NCBI RefSeq assembly: GCF_006345805.1
Contig: NC_043002.1
Coordinates: forward strand, 59,272,001-59,336,000
Direction: 5' to 3'
DNA length: 64,000 nucleotides
DNA from: Octopus sinensis
Lineage: Eukaryota
The stretch's first letter is position 1. Each line of letters begins with the position of its first letter. Below the pieces are notes generated by a model. That model made no database searches. It was not told the DNA's origin and saw only the letters and a program-made list of their open reading frames with translations. The position numbers and the translations under genes were made by a program. Below, in pieces: positions 38,594 to 51,405 of the stretch.

Positions 38594-38846
38594 GCATTGT
38601 TTCTAAACCATTTTTCCTGCTGACCCCTTTGTTCCCTCTTTTGTTCAGATGGACCATGCTAACGATTCCATGTTTAAAACATCCAATTATTACATTTTTA
38701 TTAAATGTTATTAAGAACTGTATAAAATATTGCTAAAATATTTTGTGTTTTGTTGAATTATAACCGATTTTTTGCAGATAAATTTTAACAAGAAAATCTT
38801 ATATAGACCCCATGGGCCATAAAGAACCCGGTTGAGAAACCACTAG
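38594..38846. mobile_element. hAT-like MITE
   Basis: TIR cattgtttctaaacc / ggttgagaaaccact; a related relic lies at ~51410-51690. Confidence 0.55.
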
Positions 38847-39491
38847 GCGAAAGGGAGGAAATGTTTTCCAATGATGAAAGAAACCCGGCAGCAACCAGCA
38901 TATTGACGTTCGAGCCCATCAAAGCATTTTGGCGAATCAACTGATTGATTCGTTCAACGTTGTTAATACATGGATATATCGCAATCTTTTCAAATAATGA
39001 ATTTAATGTTACAAATGATGCTAAATCACCAGTGGGGGCAACTAGAGTGAAAAGTAGAAAACTGGATCGAAGGAATCCGAAGATAATCTGTGCAGAAATC
39101 ATGTTTGTGGATGTTTCTGAAGAATTAAATTGATCGAATCTTGCAATGTCCACCCTGTTGAGAAAATCTGTCACAGAAGGAACTGAATGACAGAAGAGTT
39201 AATTTATTATTGGATTGGTGGAATATTTAAGGAAGTATTCGTTTAATCCTTGCATGCTAAATTATCTATACATACATATATACATACATAGCTATACATT
39301 ACATATATATACACAAATATATATAATACATCTCTATCTCCTCCCTCTATCTATCTATCTATCTATCTACACATTATTTAAATGTATCACATCCATATAT
39401 AGGTACAAACAAATTCCATACGTTATTTTATGTGAATACAAATATATACACATAAATTTACATATACACATAAGCACATATATATACATGA

Positions 39492-39550
<59 letters not shown>

Positions 39551-39849
39551 GTGTGTGTGTCTGTGAGCGTGTTTGTGTATACGTACATTATACAATATAT
39601 ACATTTCATACATCTAACAATGCATAAACTCATATTCGTATATGGGCTCACATACTTTCCAGGACGTACGCATGTTTATTTGTATGCATGTATGTATGTA
39701 TGTATGTATGTACGTATGTATGTATGTATGTATGTATGTATGTATATGTGTGTGTATGTATATATGTTTGTATGTATGCATGTATGTGTGAATGTGCATC
39801 TATATGTGTGTGTGTATTTATGTGAGTAAAATTATGTATGTATTCATGC

Positions 39850-39945
<96 letters not shown>

Positions 39946-40642
39946 ATATCTATCTTGGCATTCATATGCATGTATACACACACCCATACACACAAGCATA
40001 TGACTACAAATGTATATATACATATACATAAATAAATATGGATGCAGATTCATAAAAATACGTCATATTACTTCACACACATACAAACAAAACATGCAGC
40101 CACACACACATATGAAAACATCACTTCGCAGAAAGAAGTTTTTTGCTTATACGTTCCTTTTATGTGTATATATCTACTTTTCATAGTTCAAGAATTGTTA
40201 TATTATACGTGATGGGAAATCGACGAAAGAAATATTAAAACCGCAACACAACATAATACAACACAACACACAAGAAGATACACACACAAACATGGACAAA
40301 TAACGACACACTCACCAATGGCTTCCATACATGCAGACGTATATAGCCAAAAACATCATCACAAAATAATTCGAAAAAATATCAAAAAATCAACATTGTT
40401 TTACAGTCAGAATATAAATTCTGGCTGCAAAAATTTTATAATTTAAAAATATTGTAATGCGGCAAACGAAAATTTCTTTCTATTCATTGAATATATTTCT
40501 GAAGAAGAAGAACATGAAAAAAACATTAAAATTTAAGTAGCGAACAAACAAACAAACTAACCAGCTAACAAATGTTCTACACAATAATGACTGTATGCGC
40601 GTGTGTGTGTGCGCATGTGTGTGTGTATGTGTGTAGACGTAA

Positions 40643-40683
<41 letters not shown>

Positions 40684-40953
40684 CATGCATATGCTAATAC
40701 TCACATATATCTGTATATGTATATGTATATGTATATGCATATATATATAATACATATATATATATGAAAGGAAATCAATTTATATATACGTATATACATA
40801 TATATGTGTATATCTGTATGTATAATACAACAGATATACGTAATATTACCCATAGATAGAAATTTATGAATAATTCTTATACACATACATTTATATATCT
40901 ATCTACCAATTTATCTATTTATAACTCCATAAATATATGAATATATATGTATG

Positions 40954-41013
<60 letters not shown>

Positions 41014-41118
41014 ATTTATATATGCTTATGTATCTATGTATATATATGTAGCAATGTATATATGTATACATATATCTATCAATATACATATACATACACA
41101 CACACACATATATATATG

Positions 41119-41201
<83 letters not shown>

Positions 41202-41749
41202 ATGTATGTATGTGTCTATATATTGATATGTGTGTGTTTGTGTGAATGTATATCTGTACAGGGAGTCGAAACGTGTCGATAATGACAATATTCTCATGGC
41301 CTTTTGTGATTTTAAATGAGTTTAACTCATCGAAAAATGTGTATGTAAATTAAAGTAATCAAATAATGAAAAAAAAAAGAGAAATGAAGGAATTAGTAAG
41401 ACGAAGAACGAACAAAATAAGTAACCGTTGGGTGCCCCGGGGTTCGCTTTTCTCCATTTTTTTTCTATAGAACAACTACCTACATGCTATCACCTCTAAA
41501 ATCGCCCACACGTTTACATTCGTTAGCATTGCTTATTAGCCACCTCCTATTGTCCAGCTTCATCGTTATACAACCGACACCCCTCCCGTCAAATCGACAC
41601 CGACTTCATTAACCCTCCGTTTATCCAAATCATTTTCATAAGTTTCTCATAAACATCCGCAGTTGTTTTCAGACTTTCAGCTACCCTATGTTTCACGTGT
41701 TCTCACTAACATTGTATTGAGTCAAAAGTTTTGTAATATCTTAGTACTT

Positions 41750-42350
41750 AAAGGCGGCAATATGGTAGAAACGTTAGCACACCGGGCGAAATGCGTAGCC
41801 GTATTTCGTCTGTCGTTATATTCTGAGTTCAAATTCCGCCGAGGTTGACTTTGCCTTTCATCCTTTCGGGATTGATTAAATATGTACCAGTTACGCACTG
41901 GAGTCGATGTAATCGACTTAGTAACTATGTCTGTCCTTGTTTGTCCCCTCTATGCTTAGCCCCTTGTGGGTAATAAAGAAATAGGTATTTCGTCTGTCTT
42001 TACGTTCTTTGCCTTTCATCCTTTCGGGGTTGATAGATTAAGTACAAGTTGCGTGCTGGAGTCGATCTAATTGACTGCCCCCACCCAAATTTCGGGCCTT
42101 GTGCCTAGAATAGAAAAGAATATTTTAGTAACTTAAAGGCGTCGACCTGCAGAAGCGTTAGCATGCGGGCGAAATACTTTGCGGTATTTCGTTTGCCTTT
42201 ACGGTCTGAGTTCAAATTTCACCGAGGTCGACTTTGCTTTCATCCTTTCGGGGTCGGTAAATTAAGTACCAGCTTCGTACTGGGGTCGATCGAATCGACT
42301 GGCTCCCTACCCCAAAATTTCGGGCCTTGTGCCTAGAGCAGAAAAGAATA
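41750..42350 (+). mobile_element. Tandem/nested SINE family A cluster (three cores)
   Basis: Core tttgcctttcatcctttcggg occurs near 41850, 42008 and 42232. Confidence 0.88.
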
Positions 42351-42364
42351 TTTTAGTAACTTAT

Positions 42365-42505
42365 TTGCCTTAAAGTAGAGGTCATCGTGTTGCACCGTCT
42401 GAAGCCAGGTTTTTGCCAGTTTTCTGATCCGACGCTGATACTAGTTCTTCACCGAAACTTCCACCTCTTCGTGGTTGATGAAACGTTGCGAGCGCAGAAA
42501 GGGAG
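42365..42505 (-). mobile_element. Mariner C-terminal fragment
   Basis: FLRSQRFINHEEVEV...IRKLAKTWLQTVQHDDLYF. Confidence 0.55.
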
Positions 42506-43769
42506 CGCAATATGAATATTCCCTTTCCTATATCCCAAGTTGATCTGGTTATTGAAAACAAAAATTGTTACTGTTTATCATGTATGATGCATGGACGCAA
42601 GACAAACATGTCCTCTGAATCACATGATACACGGAACAGGCAAAGAGTTCACGAAAACCTCGTAATGGTAGGGCCATCTTCACAACTTTATCGAATCCTC
42701 AAACAATGCCCTTGAGGCTCAGACTTACTAAGGGATAAAAATTATTTATAAAACAATGAAAAACTAATTTAAACGAATACTAGTGGTAGTAGTCATGTGA
42801 CGTATAATTTTGGGAAGTATACTTTATTTTGGAAATGTATATTTACTTAAATTATAATTCTTGTATTTATGCCATATATCCTGAAATTACAGGGGTCGTA
42901 TCAGGAAATATAGCAGACATACAATAATTATAATTTAAGTTTTATCAAACTTCTTGGTGCTTATACAAAATGATGAAATGACTACTAATTTTCAAAAAAA
43001 AAAAAAAATTTCTTTAAAATAAAAATAAAAAAAGACAATTTTTTTCTCTTTGCATAACTCCTCTCCCATAGTTATTCTGTCATTTCACTCCCTCCTCCTC
43101 CTCCTCCTCTGTCTGTCTATGATTATTTCTCTCTCACTGTGTGTGTACAGCGTTCTTCTACTCATTGCCCACCACCGATCCTATGTGCACTCTTCTTGCA
43201 CTTCGTATGTTAACTCTCGCTGCCTTTCTTTGTCTCAACCAATCACCATTTATAACGGTTATTATTATATGAGGATATTTATGGAAAAAATCATTAAAAA
43301 AAAGAAAGAAAACAGGGAATAATAGTGATATTTACCTTTATCAGATATCCAGGCTCCTCATCACTGGGACTATTTTACTATTTAATAAGTAATTTCTTTT
43401 CTCTTTATTAAATAATACTTATCTCTCGTTCGATTGAGTACATTTTTGTTGCCCCTACAACCAAACGAACAGTCATATATTATCATGGCTACCTAATAAT
43501 TGTCACATATATTTACTGATAAATTCCTCTATTTACATAATGTCGAGGTCTCTTTCATTCTTTTGTTGTCTTACCATTACTATCAGTATATATATATATA
43601 TATATATATATATAAGTAGGTGAATGAATTATCCTATGTTTATAGTCAGCATGGAAAATTCGTTTAACCGAAACCTGGGTAGCAAATTCACGTCAGAAAA
43701 CACGGTTGAAGCGACCTGTCAAGGGTAGAAACTCCGGGTTCAGTGTAGAAATTTGTGTGTTGTATATGA

Positions 43770-43961
43770 ATAAATGAAAGAAAGGAGTCGAACGAAGATG
43801 TTAACAAAATTCCTTTACTCTTGACACATGTTTCGAAGACAGCATATTTCATTCCGAAGGAATGAACCCTTTATTCCTTCGGAATGAAAATATGGTGTCT
43901 TCGAAACATGTGTCGAGAGTAAAGGAATTTTGTTAACATCTTCGTTCGACTCCTTTCTTTC

Positions 43962-43967
<6 letters not shown>
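43770..43967. repeat. Near-perfect ~97 bp-arm foldback palindrome
   Basis: ataaatgaaagaaaggagtcgaacgaagatg...ggaatgaa ccct ttattcc...catcttcgttcgactcctttctttcatttat. Confidence 0.95.
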
Positions 43968-44014
<47 letters not shown>

Positions 44015-44269
44015 CTTGGAAATGGATGCGTGGCGTTCAGTTAAATAATAATATAAATTATACATATATATATATATATATATATAAAATAATAATGATA
44101 ATAATAATAATAATAATAATAATATAATAATAATAATAATAATATAATAATAATAGTAAAATAATAAAATTAATAAAATAAAAAATAAGTAAACTAATTT
44201 AAAATATTTCTAAAAAATGAAAATGTAATAATAATTTAACTTTACTTAAAAAGAAAAGAAAATTTCAAA

Positions 44270-46740
44270 CAATACACCGAATCGCTTGTCCAATGGTTAT
44301 TCTGGAAGCGTGCCCGTCAGGAGGCTGTCAGCCTGACGGCAAAAAATTTTCTAATGGCAGAAAATCTTCCCCGAATACGAACCTGGAATGTCATGTAAAC
44401 GGGATTTGTCCCAAATTAAGCCCCCAAAGTTCACCACCACAACAACCACAAAATCAAAAATGTAAAAGAACTAAATGGAGCCGGGAAGAATATAAAGAAG
44501 TAATGTACGCATATTACTTTGCATTAAGTAGGCCAACCCAAGAGAAACATACCACAAACTCCTTCAGAATTTAGAGGAGCCGGAATTCAGCTAGCAGACC
44601 AAACCTGGATGAAAACAGATTCGCAAATGTTAGAAGAAATATATCTTTAGAAATACCAGATAGAATTTGAAGACCAAATATTTGCTGAACAACACAGAAA
44701 ATCTATCATTGAAATGAAGCAGGAAGTTCTGAATGAGCTTGCAGTTGTAGGGCATACAAATTGGTATGATAGGGAACCACTCCATAAACTCTCAAATGCA
44801 CACCAACATAAAACACAAATAAAAATTGGCAACTGCGTTACACAAGAAATCATCCAACAACTAAAACCCGACCTTAATACGTTAACTGAAATTATTTACT
44901 CTGTTGCTAAGGTAACCGAAAGACGCTGTTTAATGCCCAAAAAGACAACAATACCAAATTCGAAAGGAAAACCAAACTGGAGGAGTAGAATTGAAACTGA
45001 GATTGAATCATTGCGAAAGGAGGTATCAATATTAACTGAGCTAATCTCTGGAAACGGTGTAAGATCAAGAAAAGGCAGGAATATTGTGAGAATATATGGA
45101 CTCTCAACAAGAGAAGAATTAATCTCAGCGAAAGAAACCCTTTAACAAAAATGTTCAAGCAAAAGCCCAGAAAATACGCAGATTTGAGAAAAGAATCAAA
45201 TACTACAAGCAAAATAAGATGTTCAAATCCAATACCAAATCATTTTACAGGGAAATAGGGAAAGAAAAAATAACCATTGAAAAGCCATTCCTAATGAAAG
45301 AAGTTGAAAACTTTTGGAAAGAGATCTGGAGTGATGAGAAACCATACAATGAAAATGCAGACTGGGTCAAACGCACCCAAGGTGCCTACAAAAAGCTACA
45401 AGAAGAGGTATGGGAAGACATCTTAATCGCCGACCTAAGGAGGGCACTAACGAAGGCTCATAAGTGGAAATCCCCTGGTATTGATAGAGTACCAAATTTC
45501 TGGCTCTCATCACTCTCGTTCTCACACAAAATGTTAGTAGTACTATTTAATAATATTATGAAAAACGTGGAAAAAACTCCCCATTGGATGGCAAATGGTA
45601 TTACTTACCTCCTCCCCGCAAACAACAAAACCAAAGACCAAAAAAACTACCGGCCTATAACATGTTTGTCTACTACCTATAAGTGTTTGACATCTATTCT
45701 AGTGGAGAAAACATACGTTTATGGAAGAGAGGCTGATACGGATGCAAAGATCAGCTCCTAATTAATCGCATGATCATTGAGAACTACCATAACAAGCGCA
45801 GAAATCTCAGCTCTTCATGGATTGATTATAAAAAAGCCATTGATAGCATACCATATTCATGGATTCTGAAATCGCTGGACATTTTCAAAATTTCTCCTGT
45901 GATTTCAGCTTTTTTAAATTACATGTCACAATGAACACGAAGCTCCAATGGTACCATTCTAATGGAGTATTGTGCTCAGACAATATTAGCATAAACTCTG
46001 GCATTTTCCAAGGTGACTCACTTTGACCACTAATTTTCTGCATAGCACTAATACCATTCTCGAGTGAACTGAATAGAACAGGGTATGGCTACAAAATTGA
46101 CAACAGGAAAATAAGCCATCTATTTTATATGGATGATTTAAAACTATATGGCTAAGATGATGAAGAGTTTGAAGGACAACTACATATTATGAAAGGATTC
46201 AGTGATGATATCGGGATGGAGTTTGGCCTTGAAAAGTGTGCCAAAGCCACTTTTAAGAAAGGGAAATTGGTAAAGTCGAAACAGTAATAAATAGATGTCG
46301 AAACAGTAATAAAGGAACTTGAGCAGGAACAAACCTATAAATACCTAGGAATAAATGAAGGCTCTGGAATCCAGCTTGCAAGCATGAAAGAGAAGGTTAA
46401 GAAAGAATGTTATAGAAGAGTTCGAGCAGTCATGAAGTCTGAGCTGAATGCATATAATAAGGTGTTAGCCATAAATTCCTTAGCAGTCCCAGTTGTTCTT
46501 TATAGCTTCAATGTGCTTAACTGGAATACCAGTGAAATAATGAAAATTGATAGAAAAATCCGCAAGCTACTGACTTGAAATAAGATGCAGCATCCAAAGG
46601 CAGACGTGGATTGTCTTTACCTACCCAGAGCTCAGGGAGCTCGAGGCTTGATCCAGCTTGAACTTACGTACATAACCACCACAATCGGACTAGCCATAAA
46701 CCTTGAAACAACCAACAATTAGATGCTAAAACTTTCAATT
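44270..46740 (+). mobile_element. R4/Dong-like LINE, N-terminus + RT, 3'-truncated and decayed
   Basis: KWSREEYKEVMYAY, WKSPGIDRVPNFWL, NYRPITCLSTTYK, WIDYKKA, GIFQGDSL, HLFYMDDLKLY, GMEFGLEKCA and YKYLGI; preceded by (AAT)n at 44088-44170. Confidence 0.92.
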
Positions 46741-46939
46741 TCTATTAGTAAGTCATTATATTTACTGATCTTGATATACATCTAACTGTGCACATTAAAA
46801 TCCCCTCCCTCCCCTCTCTCACTACACAGACACAGACACACACACACACACCCACACATATATATGCAAATATACACATATATATATATATATATAATAT
46901 ATGCTTTTGTGTATATATTTGTGTGCATATACATGCATA

Positions 46940-47160
46940 TAAAGTCGGTTTCAAATTTTGGAACACGGTCAGTAAGTTCGGGAGAAGGGCTAAGTCGATT
47001 ATATTGATCCCAGTGCTCAACTCGTACTTTATTTGTCGACCACGAAATGATGAACGTTAATGTCGACCGAGGCGGTATTAGAACTGAGAACGTAAAGCCA
47101 GACAAAATGCTAACCATTTCCTCCCCGGCATCATAACGATTCTGCCAGCTCCCCACCCGA
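46940..47160 (-). mobile_element. SINE family A
   Basis: gtcgaccgaggcggtattagaactgagaacg ... cgattctgccagct. Confidence 0.7.
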
Positions 47161-48015
47161 TATTTGTGTATAATATTAGCAATGCCCAATGCTAACGCAG
47201 CTATAAAACCAATTATTTTCATTGGAAATGTTACGTTGGTCCCCATAATTTTCTTTTAACAAACGAAATGTGCCAGTAACAGCCAGCAATTTTCAACAAT
47301 AAGTTTAATTCGATATGGCTGTAACTAGTTCTTCAAGTGGGAATAATATGTTTATATTCTGCGTATAGTTATTTCAACTTAAATCTTCACAGATATTTTC
47401 TCGGCAAATCTCTTCTCTTTGTGCTTTGCTTGTTAAGCAAAAGAAAGGAAAATTCTCTGCCCTCCATTTTTTCCCGTAATTTTCAGATTTTGCTAAATAA
47501 TCTTTCCAGTAAAATTCCCGTGTGTCTTCGGAAGGAAATTTCTTTTTAACAATTAGGATATTTTACGACCGAATTTTCTTTTCGGTAAAAGTGAATTTGG
47601 TAAATTGAAATCTTCCTCAAAGACGCTTTTTCTCCTAAAGAAATCTGTTTAATGTGTTATAAACAAAACAAAAAAAAATAATGATTTCACTGAGTTGCGT
47701 GATATACTAAAGCAATTCTTAACACCACCCACCCTGTATTCGGTGGAGTAATGAGGAAGACGGTCAGAAATACTATGTTGGGCTAATCTCTTGTTACAGA
47801 CAGGTAAAAACCTCCTTAGTATAAAATTAAACTTAGTACACGCTATATTTAAATTTCATCAAAGCTACTGCTCCTACCACTATTTTCAACGGAAATATAT
47901 ACCTATCTGTTTATTGTGGTAATCAAGAAAACTATAAGTTGAAGTTTCGCTTATCACCATGTGCAGTCTGATCTTTGCAATAAATGCTCAGAAACACTTC
48001 AGTCACCTCTTAAAC

Positions 48016-48369
48016 ATGTTGGTGGACACTGCAAAATTGAATGGTACTACACAAGTGTCGAAACCATAGTGATATCTGTTCGGGCAGCCGATGATGAGAA
48101 TACACAATTGTTATGCTTGATAGTGAATTTCTTATGTTGGTGGACACTGCAAAATTGAATAGTACTACACAAGTGTTGAAACCATAGGGTTATCTGTTTG
48201 GGCAGCCGATGATGAGAATACACAATTGTTATGCTTGATAGTGAATTTCTTATGTTGGTGGACACTGCAAAATTGAATAGTACTACACAAGTGTTGAAAC
48301 CATAGGGATATCTGTTTGGGCAGCCGATGATGAGAATACACAATTGTTATGCTTGATAGTGAATTTCCT
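48016..48369. repeat. Three near-identical 118 bp tandem units
   Basis: atgttggtggacactgc starts at 48016, 48134 and 48252. Confidence 0.97.
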
Positions 48370-48816
48370 ATATTTTAGCCTCGTTATTCAGGATTATCCT
48401 TCATTCTTGTAAAGTGATAGGTATTTGTGGATTCATAGTCTTTGGCGATCACTAACATTGATATTGTTTGGTTTTCTTCATAGGTAACCTAATTAAGCTT
48501 GAATATTGCTTAAATATTGGTGTCTAGTTTTGGGAGGTTCTATGTCATAGGATCAGCAGTCAAATATGAATTTTGGGAAATTTATACAAATCTTCAACTG
48601 GATATGCTTCCAATTTTTGCCTATTATTTCTGCCGTCATAAACACTGGGAAATAATAACGCTCTTAGGCCGGACAACATTTCATTAGAGATCCGGGAGGT
48701 GTATGGTTATCTCTGCAAATAATCACTTCCTAACAAGGGCGCCGAATCTGGAGTATATTTCCCAAAATTTGATGGTTGCAAACATGGCTATCATTTACAA
48801 AAACAAAGGAGATATA

Positions 48817-50055
48817 AGAGGGTGGGACGAAAATGCATAGGTTGACTATAAAGGAGTGATACTAGAGCTGTGAAATCTTGTATACGTTCACTTCAGTTCT
48901 TCTTATTAATAACTGCATTGTTTCTTTCCAGGCAAACTAATGGCTGACTATTCAAAGAAGACTACAAAAATAACTAGTAGCGACTTCTCTTGAAAACTGA
49001 CAAAATTTAGCACCTGTAGAAAAACGGCTTTGGCCTCCTAGGACATTCATGCTGACTTAGCTGCTACAGATGATCCAGCTTTATTAATACTGCAAAAGTA
49101 GACAGCTGAATTTAGGCGAGGAAGAAAGAATCTTGCAGGTGACCCAAGGTCTGGACATCCTGCAGCAGCCACCACCAAGAAAAACATTGATCTTGTCCAC
49201 CATATAGTAATGGATGACAGGCGCCTGACTATAAACCAAATAGCCAGTGCTATTAGTATATCCCACCATGAAATTGGCATGACAAACGTTTCTGCTCGGT
49301 GGGTGTCACGTCTTCAGACACCTTATCAAAAGTGCACCAGGTTCAGCACATCACAAGAAAATCTGACATTGTTTGAAGCAGATCCAGCTGATTTCTTTCA
49401 ACGTTTCCTAAGGAAAGATAAGTGTTGGCTTCATCAATTTGAGCCAGAGACAAAGAGACAACCCATGCAGGGGCAACACGCCTCTTCACCTGCTCCAAAG
49501 AAGGCCAAGATCGTTTCATCTGCAGCGAAGGTGATGTCCCCAGTTTACTGAGATGCAAAAGGCGTTGTGTTTATTGACTATTTTCAGAAAGGTCACACTA
49601 TCAATGAAAAGTACTATACCAACTTGCTGAGATAGTTACGAAAGACTATCAAGATCACACGCCTAGGAAGACTGACAAATGGCGTCTTGTTTCATCAGGA
49701 CAATGCTTCAGCCCACACGTCTTTGATTTCAATGGCTGTTGTGTGTGACTGGCTTTGAACTGCTGATCATCCTCCCTATTCTGACTTGACTCTCATCTAA
49801 GTATCATCAGTTCCCCAACATGAGAAAAACACTTGCCTAGGAACCAGTATCGCAGTGATGATGACGTCATATCTGCTGCTGCTGACTTTTTTGTCCAACA
49901 GGTGGAAAATTCTTCACCGATGGGATCCAAGCACTGCAACACCGATGGAAGCAATGTGTGGAGTGAAAGGGGGACTATATTGAAAAGTGAACTTCATTTG
50001 GTCACATTCCATGAGAGTATTTTGGTCAGCCTATGAACTTTTCAGCCGGCCCTCA
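48817..50055 (+). mobile_element. Second defective copy of the 965-2217 mariner family
   Basis: Collinear with 965-2217; ORF 49210-49551 has DRRLTINQIA, ARWVS, FEPETKRQ and VSSAAKVM; TIR end ctatgaacttttcagccggccctca-TA. Confidence 0.92.
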
Positions 50056-51149
50056 TATGTATGCTCTAACAGTAAAGTTATAGCATACCGGTCCACTACT
50101 AGGATGGTCCTGTCTAAGTTTATGCTCAAACGTCTGCTCCAGGCAATATTAGAAAACATCGGAGCAGAGTTATGTTGTTTCCACTGAGACAGAAACACAA
50201 CCGACTTTTTCTTCTTTGTAAGACTGCTTTAGGAAAAATGCAAGGAGTGACGTGTTTGCGCGAGATTCTGTTTTAAATTGGATAAAACTTATGCAGAAAC
50301 TTTTCTAATGTTGCAGCAAAACTATCTGTGAAGTCTCCGAAGAAGTAAATACTTGTAAAAGTTTGTGCTGCAAGATTCTGAAATAAAAACTTAAACTGCA
50401 ACGTGTTGCCATAATATATGTGAAGCATTTGTTAAGAGACGCAGGGAAAGAGAAAGAAACCATAATCATTCAAAAGTTGTTTAATTGTTCGAACTTTCTG
50501 AATATGTCATAGCAAGTAAAGAAACGTCACCTGCTTTCGTTGTGACAACGTAGTATCAAGCAGGCAGACATACAGACAAACAGACACAGATACACGCATG
50601 CACTCGCGTGCGCGCAAACACACATTCACACATACACACATACACACAAGCACGCACGCACGCACGCGCCATTTCAACTCCCTCAGCCTTGAACCCGGCT
50701 CCATCTCCAGGATGTGACAGGGAGAGAGGAAGAAAGGGTTGTGTAGATTGGAGTAAAGCGAAACGAAACACTTTCCTGAAAGAGACAATGCGCCACCATG
50801 TCCAGGAATTGAAACCACGATATTATCATTGCGAGACAAACACCGATTCATTAGTCCGTGAGCCTTCACACACACACACACACACACCACACACACACAC
50901 ACACATGAAATGCTTAAAGTAATCTTCATTTCTACATGTTACGCTTTCCCCATGTCAGGAGGGACGGATGTCCGCCGTTTATGAGGCAAAGTTGTAACTC
51001 TTCTCGAGAATAGAAGCCACTGCTTACAGGCATCACCTGAAATTCATTGTCGGAACTTGTTCTGATGGCTTTTGATGTGACTGAGTTCTTGCATCTCAGT
51101 CTGGGCCATGGGTTCTCAGTCATTTTTTATACTTATGGACACCTTTGAT

Positions 51150-51405
51150 TACCTTGTGAAAGGTAGGAGAGTCCAGTTTGCTGGACATTGTTGCAGAGCT
51201 GAAAACGAGGCAATTTCTACTCTTCTCCTCTGGAAGCCATCTACTCGCGATACCAGAGGGCGCACACTCTCCTACCCTGATGTAATCTCCAGGGATACAG
51301 GCATCCAGCAACAGGACCTCCGTAATGCTATGATGGACCGTGAAGTCTGGCGTAGCATAGTAAATTCCATTGTCTCGACCACGGTCGAACAATGATGATA
51401 GTGAT
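51150..51405 (+). mobile_element. RTE-clade LINE 3' end
   Basis: RRVQFAGHCCR..LLLWKP..AMMDREVWR followed by a (tga)n tail. Confidence 0.8.

Noticed and set aside
37660-39200. AT-rich segment with short ORFs (e.g. 38785-39174)
   Set aside because: No motif recognised; the longest ORF runs into a MITE, so it was left unannotated.
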